From a virus: a stretch of DNA of 64,000 nucleotides. The stretch is from positions 1 to 64,000 of the IMG/VR virus record IMGVR_UViG_3300045988_063132. The stretch is one strand, 5' to 3'. A program made the translations under genes and the position numbers. The notes under the pieces are model-generated. The model saw only the letters and a program-made list of their open reading frames with translations. It was not told the origin of the DNA and ran no database searches. Positions 50,873-61,159 of the stretch are shown in pieces; position 1 is the first letter of the stretch; each line of letters opens with the position of its first letter.

Positions 50873-52216
50873 ATGAAAAAAGATATCAAATCTCAAACAA
50901 TTGACAATTCTACCAAAAAATATCCGGTAGAAAGTAAAACATGGAAGTCTGATGTATGTCAGGCTTTGAAATTAGGTTATAAAGTAGAAGCTTTAAATGA
51001 AGAGCAAGCCGAATATATTAAGAAGATTGAAACTAAGCTTGCAGAAAAGGCTGCAAAAGCCAAAGTAAAAGAAGAGATGAAACAAACTCTTCTGAAAAAG
51101 ATGTCAGATATAATGAAAGCTAAGAAAGCAGCAATTATATCTGCAGCCAATGATCTAGCTGATAGAATTATTCTTCGTGCCATTGAGAAAGAAGAGCAGA
51201 AGAAGAAATTCGATGAAACCGACAAGAAAATTAAGGAGAAAGTCAAGAAGGATAAAATGGCAATAGCTGAAAAGAAACGTAAACGTAAAGCAGAATTACG
51301 TAATAAAACTATTCCTAGTCCTGAAGCTATAGCTAATGCTAAGAAACAACAAGATTTTCTTGCAAAAGCTCATGCCGCTAAACGTGAAGAGATTGAAGCT
51401 CGTCTCGATGAGAAAGAAAATTTCATGAATCAATCTGCAGAAGAATGGAGTAAAAAACATGAAGAACGTATTAAACGTAATACGGAACTTGCTCTCAAAC
51501 GATTGCATCACAAAGAGATTAAGCTCAAACGTACTACAAAAGCTGAAAGAATTGAAGCAATTAAAGCTAAGAAAGAAGCTGGTAAAGCAGCTTTCAATGC
51601 TGAAATGAAACGTCAAGCTTCAGAAATTGCAGCAGACCGTCAAGGTTATGCTAATCGCGTAGAGAAACGTAGACGTACTGAAACAGAACGTCTTGCAATG
51701 ATTGCAGAGCGTAGAAAACTACGTAAAGATAAGATTTTTACAGAACATCTTAAACAACAAAAGATTCAGCAATTGAATCTTAAACGTTTTATAGAGTCTG
51801 AAAAAGCTCGTCTAGCACGAAAAGAAGAAAAACGTGCCAAGTATCTTACTACGGGTGGAATAAAAGTTCCCAAAGTAAAGAACAATGTTGCTATAGATAA
51901 AACTAGAGCAGAAGAATATATTAAAGTTGCTGAAACAAAAATGAAAGATGAAAAAGAACGTTATATAATACGTATTGCATCAATTGCTTCATCAGAAATT
52001 GTAAGTGATTCTGTTTGTGCATTCATTTGTAAACCAGAAGAACTTAATAAACGTATGAAAGAAGTTCATAACAAACATATGAAAGAAGAACCCGATACAT
52101 ATGTAGGTATTTATGCTTACTCTGGCATCGGTAAAGATCAGAAATGTGTAAGTGAGATGCTAAACGATAAGTTTAAGGATCGTAGTAGACTTAATCCGAA
52201 AAATGAAGCAGCATAA
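50873..52216 (+). CDS. Lys/Glu-rich coiled-coil protein
   Basis: Start moved to MKKDIK because the track ORF overlaps the tRNA-like element. Highly charged repetitive helical sequence. Confidence 0.5.
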   Translation: MKKDIKSQTIDNSTKKYPVESKTWKSDVCQALKLGYKVEALNEEQAEYIKKIETKLAEKAAKAKVKEEMKQTLLKKMSDIMKAKKAAIISAANDLADRIILRAIEKEEQKKKFDETDKKIKEKVKKDKMAIAEKKRKRKAELRNKTIPSPEAIANAKKQQDFLAKAHAAKREEIEARLDEKENFMNQSAEEWSKKHEERIKRNTELALKRLHHKEIKLKRTTKAERIEAIKAKKEAGKAAFNAEMKRQASEIAADRQGYANRVEKRRRTETERLAMIAERRKLRKDKIFTEHLKQQKIQQLNLKRFIESEKARLARKEEKRAKYLTTGGIKVPKVKNNVAIDKTRAEEYIKVAETKMKDEKERYIIRIASIASSEIVSDSVCAFICKPEELNKRMKEVHNKHMKEEPDTYVGIYAYSGIGKDQKCVSEMLNDKFKDRSRLNPKNEAA

Positions 52217-52250
52217 TATACAACAGGGGTGCGTCTGTAACGCACAATAT

Positions 52251-52322
52251 AGCGGGATGGCGCAAAGGTAGCGCGTAGCTTTCACGAGGCTGAGGTTGGT
52301 AGTTCGAATCTATCTCCCGCAA
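52251..52322 (+). tRNA. tRNA (anticodon read as CAC, Val; isotype uncertain)
   Basis: D-arm gcgc aaaggta gcgc. Anticodon arm tagct ttcacga ggctg. T-arm ggtag ttcgaat ctatc. Acceptor agcggga pairs with tcccgca apart from a 1:72 mismatch. Confidence 0.55.
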
Positions 52323-52340
52323 CTAATTAACCGTAGTACT

Positions 52341-54251
52341 ATGAAAATTAAAGGAAAGACTTGCGTAGTCTTTGATATTGAAGTTTTAAAGAACGTATTT
52401 ACTTGTACTTGTAAGAATACTGAAACAAAACAGATTACAGTATTTGAAATATCTCCAAGAAGAGTAGATATACAAGGATTAGTTACATTCTTTTATGAAG
52501 ATTATTATTTTGTAGGTTATAATAATATACATTATGATAATCCTATACTAAACTATATTATAATGCTATATAATAAACATTATTTTAATAGTTATAGTAC
52601 TAGAGAATTAACTGAATCAATATTTAGAATGAGTCAATTAGTAATTGATAAAAATTCTGATTTTGATTTATGGAAAGAGTATAAATACGCTAGAAACTTC
52701 TTATCAATAGATCTATTAACAATGTTATATTCTAAAGCTTTACGAGTATCTTTAAAAGAGATGCAAGTAACAATGCAATATAAGAATGTAGAAGAATTCG
52801 TAGTAGATTGGCATCAAGATCTTCCTGAAAAGGATATAGATAGATTAATATCATATAATATAAATGATGTAGAATCTACTGAAGAATTACTATATAGATG
52901 CGAAAGTGATCTAAATCTAAGAGTAGCTATTGAAGAAGAATATAAGATAAATTGTCTAAGTTTAGATGGTGTAAATACTGGTATGAAGATTCTTGAACAA
53001 GAATATATTAAACATACTGGTATTTCTAAAGAAAAATTAGAACAATTAAGGAGTCCTTGTGATCAAATAGATCTAGAGAAAGTAATATTTCCCTGGATTG
53101 AATTTGATAGTCCTATATTACAGAATCTATTAAAAGAAATGAAACAACTACATAATGTATCACCAGGAAGAAAAGGATATGAAAATACCTTTATTTTTGG
53201 AGATATGAAAGTAACTGTAGGTGTTGGTGGTATTCATGGAGATCGTGGTATAGAAATTATTAAACCACGAGAAGACGAATTATTATTAGATTCTGACGTT
53301 AGTTCTCTATATCCTAGTATGATTATAGAACATAATTTATATCCACCACATTTAGGTAAAGAATTCTTAGAGACTTACTCTAGTATTCGTACAAGAAGAT
53401 TGAACGCTAAGAAGAATAAGAATAAAGTAGTAGATAAAACACTTAAATTATCATTAAATGGTTTAAGTGGTAACTTACAGAATGAACATTCTTGGTGTTA
53501 TAGCCCATTTACTGTAATGCAAATTAGAATTAATGGACAATTACTACTTTTAAAGCTCTCTGAGAGACTTTTATCCATTGGATGTAAGTTACATCAGATT
53601 AATACTGATGGTGTCTTATATACGTGTAAAAAGACTAAATATGAAGAACTACAAAAGATATTAAAAGAATGGGAAGACTTAACTAAATTAAAATTAGAAA
53701 CGGAAGAGTTTACTCAATTCTATCAATTAGCTATTAACGATTACTTTGGATTATCTCCAGAAGGACACATTAAAGAAAAAGGATATTTCCTTACAGAAAT
53801 TACTTTAGGAAAAGGTTTATCTCCAAAGATAATTCCAGAAGCTATTATTAATTATTTTATACATAATATTCCAGTAGAAGATACTATTAAATTTTGTAAA
53901 GATATACGTAAATTCTTACAAGCTGAAAAGACAGGAAAACAATGGACAGTTGAATATAATGAACAAATTCAACAAAGAACCAATCGTTTTTACGTTAGTA
54001 ATAGTGGATACTATTTATGGAAATGGAAATTAGATGATACTGGTAAGAAGTCTTATCAAATAATGTTAAAAGATCATGGAGTAAGATTACATAATAAATT
54101 TTATTCTGATGAAGATCTTCAATGGAAATACTCTCAAGGAGAGACATTCCAAAGTATTTATGATATAGATTATCAGTATTATATTAATCAATGTATAAAA
54201 GTAATTGAAAAACTAAAACCAAAGCAGTTAAATCTGTTTAATTTTGACTAA
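52341..54251 (+). CDS. family B DNA polymerase with 3'-5' exonuclease
   Basis: Exo I is VVFDIEV and Exo II is YFVGYNNIHYDNPIL. Motif A is DVSSLYPSMII and motif C is QINTDGVLY. Start set at MKIKGK, downstream of the tRNA. Confidence 0.7.
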   Translation: MKIKGKTCVVFDIEVLKNVFTCTCKNTETKQITVFEISPRRVDIQGLVTFFYEDYYFVGYNNIHYDNPILNYIIMLYNKHYFNSYSTRELTESIFRMSQLVIDKNSDFDLWKEYKYARNFLSIDLLTMLYSKALRVSLKEMQVTMQYKNVEEFVVDWHQDLPEKDIDRLISYNINDVESTEELLYRCESDLNLRVAIEEEYKINCLSLDGVNTGMKILEQEYIKHTGISKEKLEQLRSPCDQIDLEKVIFPWIEFDSPILQNLLKEMKQLHNVSPGRKGYENTFIFGDMKVTVGVGGIHGDRGIEIIKPREDELLLDSDVSSLYPSMIIEHNLYPPHLGKEFLETYSSIRTRRLNAKKNKNKVVDKTLKLSLNGLSGNLQNEHSWCYSPFTVMQIRINGQLLLLKLSERLLSIGCKLHQINTDGVLYTCKKTKYEELQKILKEWEDLTKLKLETEEFTQFYQLAINDYFGLSPEGHIKEKGYFLTEITLGKGLSPKIIPEAIINYFIHNIPVEDTIKFCKDIRKFLQAEKTGKQWTVEYNEQIQQRTNRFYVSNSGYYLWKWKLDDTGKKSYQIMLKDHGVRLHNKFYSDEDLQWKYSQGETFQSIYDIDYQYYINQCIKVIEKLKPKQLNLFNFD

Positions 54252-54302
54252 TATTAACAAAAACTATCATACTCTAGAACAGATGAATTAAATTAATTCA
54301 TT

Positions 54303-54863
54303 ATGATACTAGAAATAGATACAAGTCTATTAAAAAAGATAGACAATCTTTCATTAAGTCAGCTAGTATTTTTAAATCTTGTATTAGACAATAATCAAAA
54401 ATCTATCAAAGAGGTCAAAGACATCGTTAGCCAGGTCAGCGACAATGATATACAAGATTTAATCAACAGAGGATTTCTTATTAGAGAAGAAAAAGCTAAA
54501 AAAGTTTCTTATAAAGAAACTGAACTATTAGTAAATATTATTACTGGTAATGCAGATTTATTTGAAGAATTTAAGAAGCATTATCCTATAGTAGTAATAA
54601 GACCTGATGGTACTAAAGGCTTTTTACAAGGTAATTCAAAGAAATGTAGAACTTTATATAATAAGATCATTAAAAATGATATTATTTTACATAATCATAT
54701 TATTCAATGTTTGGAGAAAGAAGTATCTGACAAACTTATGAGTGGTAAAATAGGTTATATGAAGACTATGTGGAAATGGCTTACTAACTCTGAATGGGAA
54801 ATTTATGAAGAACAAATTAATGAACCAATAAAAGATAATCTCTATGGAACAGAACTTATCTAG
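54303..54863 (+). CDS. hypothetical replication-associated protein
   Basis: 186-aa ORF between the polymerase and the helicase. Confidence 0.4.
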   Translation: MILEIDTSLLKKIDNLSLSQLVFLNLVLDNNQKSIKEVKDIVSQVSDNDIQDLINRGFLIREEKAKKVSYKETELLVNIITGNADLFEEFKKHYPIVVIRPDGTKGFLQGNSKKCRTLYNKIIKNDIILHNHIIQCLEKEVSDKLMSGKIGYMKTMWKWLTNSEWEIYEEQINEPIKDNLYGTELI

Positions 54864-55800
54864 TCCCTTACCATTTAAACATATATCTGTGGCTGCTGAT
54901 GAAGCGGTTACCTATATAAAACAGCGTAAGAATCATGAAATTGAACCACTCAAAAGTAGGTGGAATAAATTCAATTTTATGTGCTGTGGTGGTATTGAAC
55001 CAGGATGCGTTTATACTATAGTAGGTGCTTCTGGTACTGGTAAATCATCATTTGTAAATACGCTTGAAACTGACTTAATTGAACTTAATCCTGATAAGGA
55101 ATTAGTTGTATTATCATTTTCTTTTGAAATGCTCTCTAGTAGACAAGTAGGAAGAAAGCTATCTAATAAGTTGCGTCACACAACTTCAGAGCTGTATAGT
55201 GCATCAGAAGATGTTTCTGATAGTTTACTACAGGATATTGAAAAAGAAGTAGAAGTTATTAAACAATATCCCATCTACTATGTAGATGAATCAGCTACAG
55301 TAAGTAAGATAGAAGATACTATAACTTATTTTCAAAATACGATTGCAAAAGATAAATGGCTTATCGTATTTCTAGATCATACATTATTGGTCGAAGGAAA
55401 TGATACTAATGATGAGCGTAAAATTATAGCTGCATTAGAAAGAGTATTTATTAGAGCTAAGAAAGTTGGTAAAACAAGTATAATTCAACTTTCTCAAATG
55501 AATCGTAATATTGAAATGCCTGAAAGGATTATAAATCCATCAAGTCATTATCCTATGAGAAGTGACTTATCATCCTCAGATTCTGTATTTCAAGGTAGTG
55601 ATGTTATAGCAGTTTTATCAAGACCTGAAACATTAGGTATTACTGCATACGGACCGTCACGATTACCTGTACAAAATAAAGTATATCTACACTTTTTAAA
55701 AGTTAGAGAAGGCAAATTAGCCATACTTGAATATGAGAACGATCTGCAATATAACAACTTAATTGAAGTAGATAGATCTGAGAATAAACCACAGTATTAA
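54844..55800 (+). CDS. DnaB-like replicative helicase (RecA-fold)
   Basis: Walker A TIVGASGTGKSSF. Walker-B-like LIVFLDHTLL. Arginine-finger region SQMNRN. Confidence 0.6.
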   Translation: MEQNLSSPLPFKHISVAADEAVTYIKQRKNHEIEPLKSRWNKFNFMCCGGIEPGCVYTIVGASGTGKSSFVNTLETDLIELNPDKELVVLSFSFEMLSSRQVGRKLSNKLRHTTSELYSASEDVSDSLLQDIEKEVEVIKQYPIYYVDESATVSKIEDTITYFQNTIAKDKWLIVFLDHTLLVEGNDTNDERKIIAALERVFIRAKKVGKTSIIQLSQMNRNIEMPERIINPSSHYPMRSDLSSSDSVFQGSDVIAVLSRPETLGITAYGPSRLPVQNKVYLHFLKVREGKLAILEYENDLQYNNLIEVDRSENKPQY

Positions 55801-55808
55801 TTTAATTT

Positions 55809-56333
55809 TTGGCTAACATGACTACAACATTTTTGAATAAAAAGGGTAACAATAATAACTTTAACTTTAACACTTACGATTTCTTGAATCCGTATTACGA
55901 GAAAATCAGTAAGAAAAAAGATGATAATTATATTGATAATCTTCTGACAAAAGCCTTTAAGAATCTGGTTCCTTGGGCAAAGAAAGAAGATAAGAAAGAT
56001 AGTATTTATATCATCTTCGGTGATGAACCGACGAAGAAATATACGTTTGAGAAGCCGAGTTTTACAATTACAAATATTTCTCCTACTTCTCTGAATCTGG
56101 AATGGAATAAAGCAGCTACACATTTGTTAGAATGTGTATATTATACTAATAATCCTACTTATGATTTTATTATCTGTGATACACCAATTAAAATTCATGG
56201 TAATTATATTCAGGTAGGTTCAGAAATTATTCCGACATTCACTCGTTCTGATTTCTTTACAACTATGAAGAAAGAAGATCAGATTAATATTTATAATATT
56301 GCAGTAGAAATTAACGCTATTTTTGCTGCGTAA
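55809..56333 (+). CDS. hypothetical protein
   Basis: 174-aa ORF. Confidence 0.45.
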   Translation: MANMTTTFLNKKGNNNNFNFNTYDFLNPYYEKISKKKDDNYIDNLLTKAFKNLVPWAKKEDKKDSIYIIFGDEPTKKYTFEKPSFTITNISPTSLNLEWNKAATHLLECVYYTNNPTYDFIICDTPIKIHGNYIQVGSEIIPTFTRSDFFTTMKKEDQINIYNIAVEINAIFAA

Positions 56334-56424
56334 TTGTTAACAAAACTTTTCAGATTCTTTCAAATTTTATCAAATTCTTTCGTAACTTATCAAATTATAT
56401 CTGGAAAGGTAAAAATATCTTAAT

Positions 56425-56742
56425 ATGATAGTATTACCTACAGAAAAAGTAAAAGCAAAAGTAAATAATCCTAGATTTTTGATTATTTACGGTCGACCTA
56501 AAACTGGTAAAACTAGTTGTGTAGCAGCTCTAGAGAATAATTTAATTATTGATCTAGAAGGTGGCTCTGAATTCTTAGATGCATTAGCAGTACAAGCAAG
56601 AACTGTTAATGATTTCGCTGAAATTGCAAATGCAATCAGAGAAAAGATCAAAGAAACAGGCAAAAAGCCCTATAAGTATATTACTATAGATAATGCTACA
56701 CGACTAGAAGAAATATGTCTATCTTACGCAGGTACGCTCTAA
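56425..56742 (+). CDS. Sak4-like AAA_24 ATPase, N-terminal segment (exon 1?)
   Basis: FLIIYGRPKTGKTS (Walker A) and ITIDNATRLEEI. The ORF stops after 105 aa, before any Walker B. Confidence 0.55.
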   Translation: MIVLPTEKVKAKVNNPRFLIIYGRPKTGKTSCVAALENNLIIDLEGGSEFLDALAVQARTVNDFAEIANAIREKIKETGKKPYKYITIDNATRLEEICLSYAGTL

Positions 56743-57535
56743 ATTTATGGAGCGCTATTTAGTAATGAATAGTGTAAAAGCTTTCTAATTTCTGGAACAT
56801 TTTACCTTTAAGTACGTTAAAGATACATTTAAAGTAAAAGGTAAAACAATCAGAAGCGAAGCAATGAAAGAAAAAACATTAAATAAATATATTGGTAAAA
56901 CTCATGGTGTATTAACTGTTATAGATTTAGACCATGAAACTTATGATAAAGAAAAACAAAGAAAACGAACTTATTTTAAATGCAAATGTAATAAATGTGG
57001 TAATATAACTATAGTAAGATCAGATAAATTAACTACTAAATATTGGATACCAAAGTGTTGTAATAATTGTGTCAATCAACAACAACACGAAACGGCAATA
57101 AAATTACATGAAAACGGTATTCCTAGTTATTTTAAAAAAAGAATTAGTTCTATTAAAGGAAATGCAAAAAGTAGAAATATAAATATGCAATTAACTAATA
57201 ATGAAATTTATAACATTATTCAAAAACCATGTTTCTATTGTAAAGAAAAAGAAGCATATGGAATAGATAGAATTGATTCTACAAAAGATTATACTATAGA
57301 TAATTGTGTACCTTGTTGTTTTATTTGCAATCGTATAAAAAATAAATATTCAATAGGTGTTTTTCTAGATAAAATAAGTAAAATATATAATAATTTTTTC
57401 ATTGAACGTTCAACGACTATCCCGAAAGGGAGTACATTACAAGCTAATGGTAATGGAAACGGAAGCATTCCTACTATTAATTAATAGGGAATATGATATA
57501 GTCTAATCTATATGGTGACATATAGCAGTTCATAA
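56743..57535 (+). mobile_element. intervening sequence with an HNH homing endonuclease (putative group I intron)
   Basis: Separates the two halves of one ATPase fold. Contains the HNH ORF 56864..57484. Confidence 0.5.
56864..57484 (+). CDS. HNH homing endonuclease
   Basis: Contains CKCNKCGN, YCKEKEAYGIDRIDSTKDYTIDNCVPCCFICNRIKNKYS. Confidence 0.65.
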   Translation: MKEKTLNKYIGKTHGVLTVIDLDHETYDKEKQRKRTYFKCKCNKCGNITIVRSDKLTTKYWIPKCCNNCVNQQQHETAIKLHENGIPSYFKKRISSIKGNAKSRNINMQLTNNEIYNIIQKPCFYCKEKEAYGIDRIDSTKDYTIDNCVPCCFICNRIKNKYSIGVFLDKISKIYNNFFIERSTTIPKGSTLQANGNGNGSIPTIN

Positions 57536-58003
57536 GAGAACGTATACAAATTTGCGAATTGTATAGAATATAATGATAAAGCTCAACCTCAAGGAAAATC
57601 TTGGCAAGGTACTGATGTTAGATTGCTTCCACAAGGAGCAGGATATCAATATATTAGACTTGCTGTAAGAAAAGTTATCGATATGTTTAAAGAACTTACT
57701 GATAACTTAATTCTTATTGGTCATACTAAGGATAAAATGATTAATAAGAATGGTGAGGATATGACAGAAATGTCCTTAGATCTTGTAGGTAAACTAGGAG
57801 ATATTATATGTGGAGAAGCTGATGCAGTAGGTTTTATGTATCGAAAAGGTAATGAAACAATTATTAATTTCGATAGTAAAGATGAAACTACAAAAGGAGC
57901 AAGAGCACCACATTTGCGTGAGCAAAAAATAGTAATTGCAGAAAGCAATGAAAACAATGAATTAGTATTTCATTGGGACAGAATTTATTTACCAGAAGTT
58001 TAA
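57536..58003 (+). CDS. Sak4-like AAA_24 ATPase, C-terminal segment (exon 2?)
   Basis: The frame is open from 57536, giving ENVYKFANCIEYNDKAQPQGKSW... before the track TTG start at 57623. Contains LILIGHTKDK (Walker B-like) and ICGEADAVGFMYRK, which are typical of AAA_24. Confidence 0.55.
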   Translation, partial: ENVYKFANCIEYNDKAQPQGKSWQGTDVRLLPQGAGYQYIRLAVRKVIDMFKELTDNLILIGHTKDKMINKNGEDMTEMSLDLVGKLGDIICGEADAVGFMYRKGNETIINFDSKDETTKGARAPHLREQKIVIAESNENNELVFHWDRIYLPEV

Positions 58004-58023
58004 GTTAACCAAAATTAAAGAGT

Positions 58024-58635
58024 ATGTATAGTTCCGAAAGAGCCAAGACTATTGTAAAGAAAGACGTAGCACACTTGTCAGCAGGTATTGAAGATAACGT
58101 AATGTTAACTGCAGTAAGATTTGATAAATCTATTAATGGTAATAGTTTTATTGAATTTAAGTTTGAAAAAGAAGGTAAATTGCTGACGCATACTGAGTGG
58201 GAACCTTCTAAGAGATCTGATGAAACTGAAGAAAGTTTTCAGAATAAATGTGATAATCAATTTTCAAGAATTGAACAAATTTTGAAATGTTATTATCCTA
58301 ATGCTGAAGATCGTAAATTTATCGGTGAAAACTTCACTCAGTTTGCTCAATGGGTAACAGAAATGCTGAATAAAGCAGATTTGACTACGCCATTAAGAGT
58401 TAAAATTGTATACAATAATAGTGGTTATACTACATTACCAAAGTATGCAAAGTATACGTTTATTGAACCAATGTCTTTGGTAAACGAAAATAAATCTGTT
58501 ATTGTAAAATTAGGTATCGATCAATTCGAGAAGCCTATTGTAGCAGATTTAGAAAAATCTAATCCAAGTCCTTTCTCTATGGGAAGTTCTATGGATGAAA
58601 ATAACAGCGCCGATCCTAATGGATTGCCGTTTTAA
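58024..58635 (+). CDS. putative single-stranded DNA-binding protein
   Basis: 203 aa with an acidic tail ending in the SSB-like tip motif DENNSADPNGLPF. Located next to the Sak4-like gene. Confidence 0.4.
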   Translation: MYSSERAKTIVKKDVAHLSAGIEDNVMLTAVRFDKSINGNSFIEFKFEKEGKLLTHTEWEPSKRSDETEESFQNKCDNQFSRIEQILKCYYPNAEDRKFIGENFTQFAQWVTEMLNKADLTTPLRVKIVYNNSGYTTLPKYAKYTFIEPMSLVNENKSVIVKLGIDQFEKPIVADLEKSNPSPFSMGSSMDENNSADPNGLPF

Positions 58636-58751
58636 GATATAATTCTATTTGCGCAATAGAACGAAGACTATACTACCTCTGACTTTTGTCATGTAAGTAT
58701 ACCAGATCGTAGGCTGGCACTGACCACACAGGGGGTATTGTTAAAGGTGGA

Positions 58752-58866
58752 GAAGAGTAAGCACATATTTCTTTAATATAAGAAATGAGCAGATGTGTGA
58801 ATGGGCCTAATACAAATGCTAACTAGCATGTATTTAAATGGGGCGGTTCGAGTCCGCCACTCTTCA
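58752..58866 (+). ncRNA. over-long tRNA-like element (~115 nt)
   Basis: T-arm ggcgg ttcgagt ccgcc followed by actcttc. A perfectly complementary gaagagt lies ~107 nt upstream. There is an internal hairpin, atttctt pairing with aagaaat. Confidence 0.3.
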
Positions 58867-58887
58867 CTTTATTTAAATCTATATCAT

Positions 58888-59850
58888 ATGTATGACTCTA
58901 CAAAAATAAAACAGCAAGATACTCCAATTACTTTGGATTATATCTTATCAAAAGTCACAGAATATGATATTTACGCTCGATATATTGGACAATTTAAGAT
59001 TGGTTTTATTTATAATAGTCCATTTAGACAGGATAAAAATCCTTCATTTGGAATATTCAGAAGTAAAAAATCAGGCAAATTACTTTTCAAAGATCATGGA
59101 AATGGTGAATGTGGTGATGTTATTAAATTTGTAGAGATTTATACAGGTCTAACAAATTATAATGATATATTACAACGAATTGTAACTGATTTATCTATTA
59201 CAAATAATACTAAGCTTAAAAGTACCAAGTACTATGAATCTAAAGATACCATAATAGGTGTAGTTAGACAAGAATGGACAGATATAGATAAACAATTCTG
59301 GTCACAATTTGGTATTAGTAAAGATACATTAAATAAATATAATGTATCTAGTATTAAATATTATTTATGTGACGGAATTGTTAAGGGCATATATAAGGAT
59401 GAAAATCCTATGTATGCTTATAAAGTATATGATCATTTCAAGATTTATAGACCTTTAGCAGATAAATATACTAAATGGCGTAATAATTTAACTGAGAATG
59501 ATATTCAAGGTTATGAACAATTACCTAAAACTGGTGATTTATTAATTATTACTAAATCTTTAAAAGACGTAATGGTTCTTTATGAAATGGGATACAATGC
59601 TATATCACCATCATCAGAAAGTACTTTTATTCCAGATAAAGCTTTAAAGCAACTTAAGAAACGATTTAAACGTATTTTAATTTGTTTTGATAGAGATATT
59701 CCTGGAGTTAAGAATATGCGTAAAATAAGCCTTAAAACAGGCTTAAATGGATTCTTAGTACATAAGAAATTCCATAGTAAAGATATATCAGATGCTGTTA
59801 AGAATAATAGCTTTGATATAATTAAAAACTGGTTAAAAGAAATATTATGA
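58888..59850 (+). CDS. DnaG-like DNA primase (degenerate zinc-finger region plus TOPRIM)
   Basis: SPFRQDKNPSFGIF and DHGNGECGDVIKF are zinc-binding-domain-like. The TOPRIM domain is GDLLIITKSLKDVMVLYEMGYNAIS with ILICFDRDIPG. Start moved to MYDSTK. Confidence 0.6.
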   Translation: MYDSTKIKQQDTPITLDYILSKVTEYDIYARYIGQFKIGFIYNSPFRQDKNPSFGIFRSKKSGKLLFKDHGNGECGDVIKFVEIYTGLTNYNDILQRIVTDLSITNNTKLKSTKYYESKDTIIGVVRQEWTDIDKQFWSQFGISKDTLNKYNVSSIKYYLCDGIVKGIYKDENPMYAYKVYDHFKIYRPLADKYTKWRNNLTENDIQGYEQLPKTGDLLIITKSLKDVMVLYEMGYNAISPSSESTFIPDKALKQLKKRFKRILICFDRDIPGVKNMRKISLKTGLNGFLVHKKFHSKDISDAVKNNSFDIIKNWLKEIL

Positions 59851-60089
59851 ATATATATTATTGGATTTGGAATGATACAAGTTCTACAAAAGAACTACAA
59901 GAGTATTGTGGTGGAACAACTGTAGTAGCTGCAAATTCAGAAGAAGAAGCAAAACAACTTATTCGAGATGCATATGCTCCAGGGTTTGGTAAACCTGTAT
60001 TAGATATAGATTTAATATATAAAATAATGGGTGCCACAATTGATTGCGAAGAACCAACAATATTAATAGAAGAAGGACACGTAGAATGA
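59847..60089 (+). CDS. hypothetical protein
   Basis: 80-aa ORF with ATGA overlaps to its neighbours. Confidence 0.4.
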   Translation: MNIYYWIWNDTSSTKELQEYCGGTTVVAANSEEEAKQLIRDAYAPGFGKPVLDIDLIYKIMGATIDCEEPTILIEEGHVE

Positions 60090-60649
60090 TTTGGTTTACT
60101 TCAGATCTACATTTCTTTCATGACCGTATCTTAGAATTCCATCCAAAACGTAAAGAAATATTTGGAAATACTGTTGAAAAGGCTAAAGAAGCTATGATAC
60201 AGTTATGGAATTCCAGAGTAAATAAGAAGGATACAGTGTATATTCTTGGTGATTTATCATTTGGTGAAGTAGAAGATAAAAGAAAACTATTTCAAAGACT
60301 AAATGGTAATAAAGTCTTAATATTAGGTAATCATGATAAAGTACCAGATCATTTGAAATGTTATTTTAATCATATTACTCAAATCAAGAATATAAAATTT
60401 AAGAAATCTGTATATAACTTTCTATACAAAGATCTTGAAGTGATTATGTGTCATTTTCCAATGTTAAGTTGGGAACATAAAGACAAAGGATCTGTAATGA
60501 TACACGGTCATTGTCATGGAAAAGTAGATCAAATAAACACGGATTCTAAAGAATTAAGAGTAGATGTTGGTATAGATGCAAATCTAGCTAATTACGATTT
60601 AATATCTTTAGAGAAACTATCTAAACATTTAGAAAAAATAGAAAAATGA
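60086..60649 (+). CDS. calcineurin-like metallophosphoesterase
   Basis: SDLHFFHD, GDLSFG, GNHD and HGHCHG. Confidence 0.6.
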   Translation: MIWFTSDLHFFHDRILEFHPKRKEIFGNTVEKAKEAMIQLWNSRVNKKDTVYILGDLSFGEVEDKRKLFQRLNGNKVLILGNHDKVPDHLKCYFNHITQIKNIKFKKSVYNFLYKDLEVIMCHFPMLSWEHKDKGSVMIHGHCHGKVDQINTDSKELRVDVGIDANLANYDLISLEKLSKHLEKIEK

Positions 60650-60742
60650 CAATAACAGTATTTGAATTAGCACTAATTGTATTTATTTCTAATATTGGTG
60701 CTACAATGGTCTGTGAAGGAATCGAAACTCTGGTAGAAGCGT

Positions 60743-61159
60743 ATGAAGACTACAAGAAGAAAAAGAAAAATCTCACAGAACAAAAAGATTAAAAACGCTA
60801 CACCTAATACATATGATGGAATAAAATTTAAGTCTCAATTAGAAACTTATGTTTATAAACAATTAAAGGCTCATAATCTTAAAGCAGAATATGAGCCTAT
60901 TAAGTTTGAATTAATTCCATCATTTGTATTTTGTGGAAAGAAAATTCGTGCTATGACGTATACTCCAGATTTTGTTGGAGATAATTTTATTATCGAAGCA
61001 AAGGGAAGACCTAATGATGTATGGCCGTATAAATGGAAATGGTTTATGTGGTCATTATTAAATCGAGGTTTGGCTGAGAAGTATAAGTTATTTGTAGTAC
61101 ATAATCATAAAGAAACAGATGAATGTATTAAACGAATACAAGAACTTAAAGATATATGA
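60743..61159 (+). CDS. DUF1064-like PD-(D/E)xK nuclease
   Basis: YDGIKFKSQLETYVYKQL, YEPIKFEL, YTPDF, IIEAKG. Confidence 0.5.
   Translation: MKTTRRKRKISQNKKIKNATPNTYDGIKFKSQLETYVYKQLKAHNLKAEYEPIKFELIPSFVFCGKKIRAMTYTPDFVGDNFIIEAKGRPNDVWPYKWKWFMWSLLNRGLAEKYKLFVVHNHKETDECIKRIQELKDI

Noticed and set aside
52296-52340. Upstream extension of the polymerase ORF (MVVRIYLPQLINRST)
   Set aside because: It overlaps the tRNA at 52251..52322. The start was moved to the ATG at 52341.
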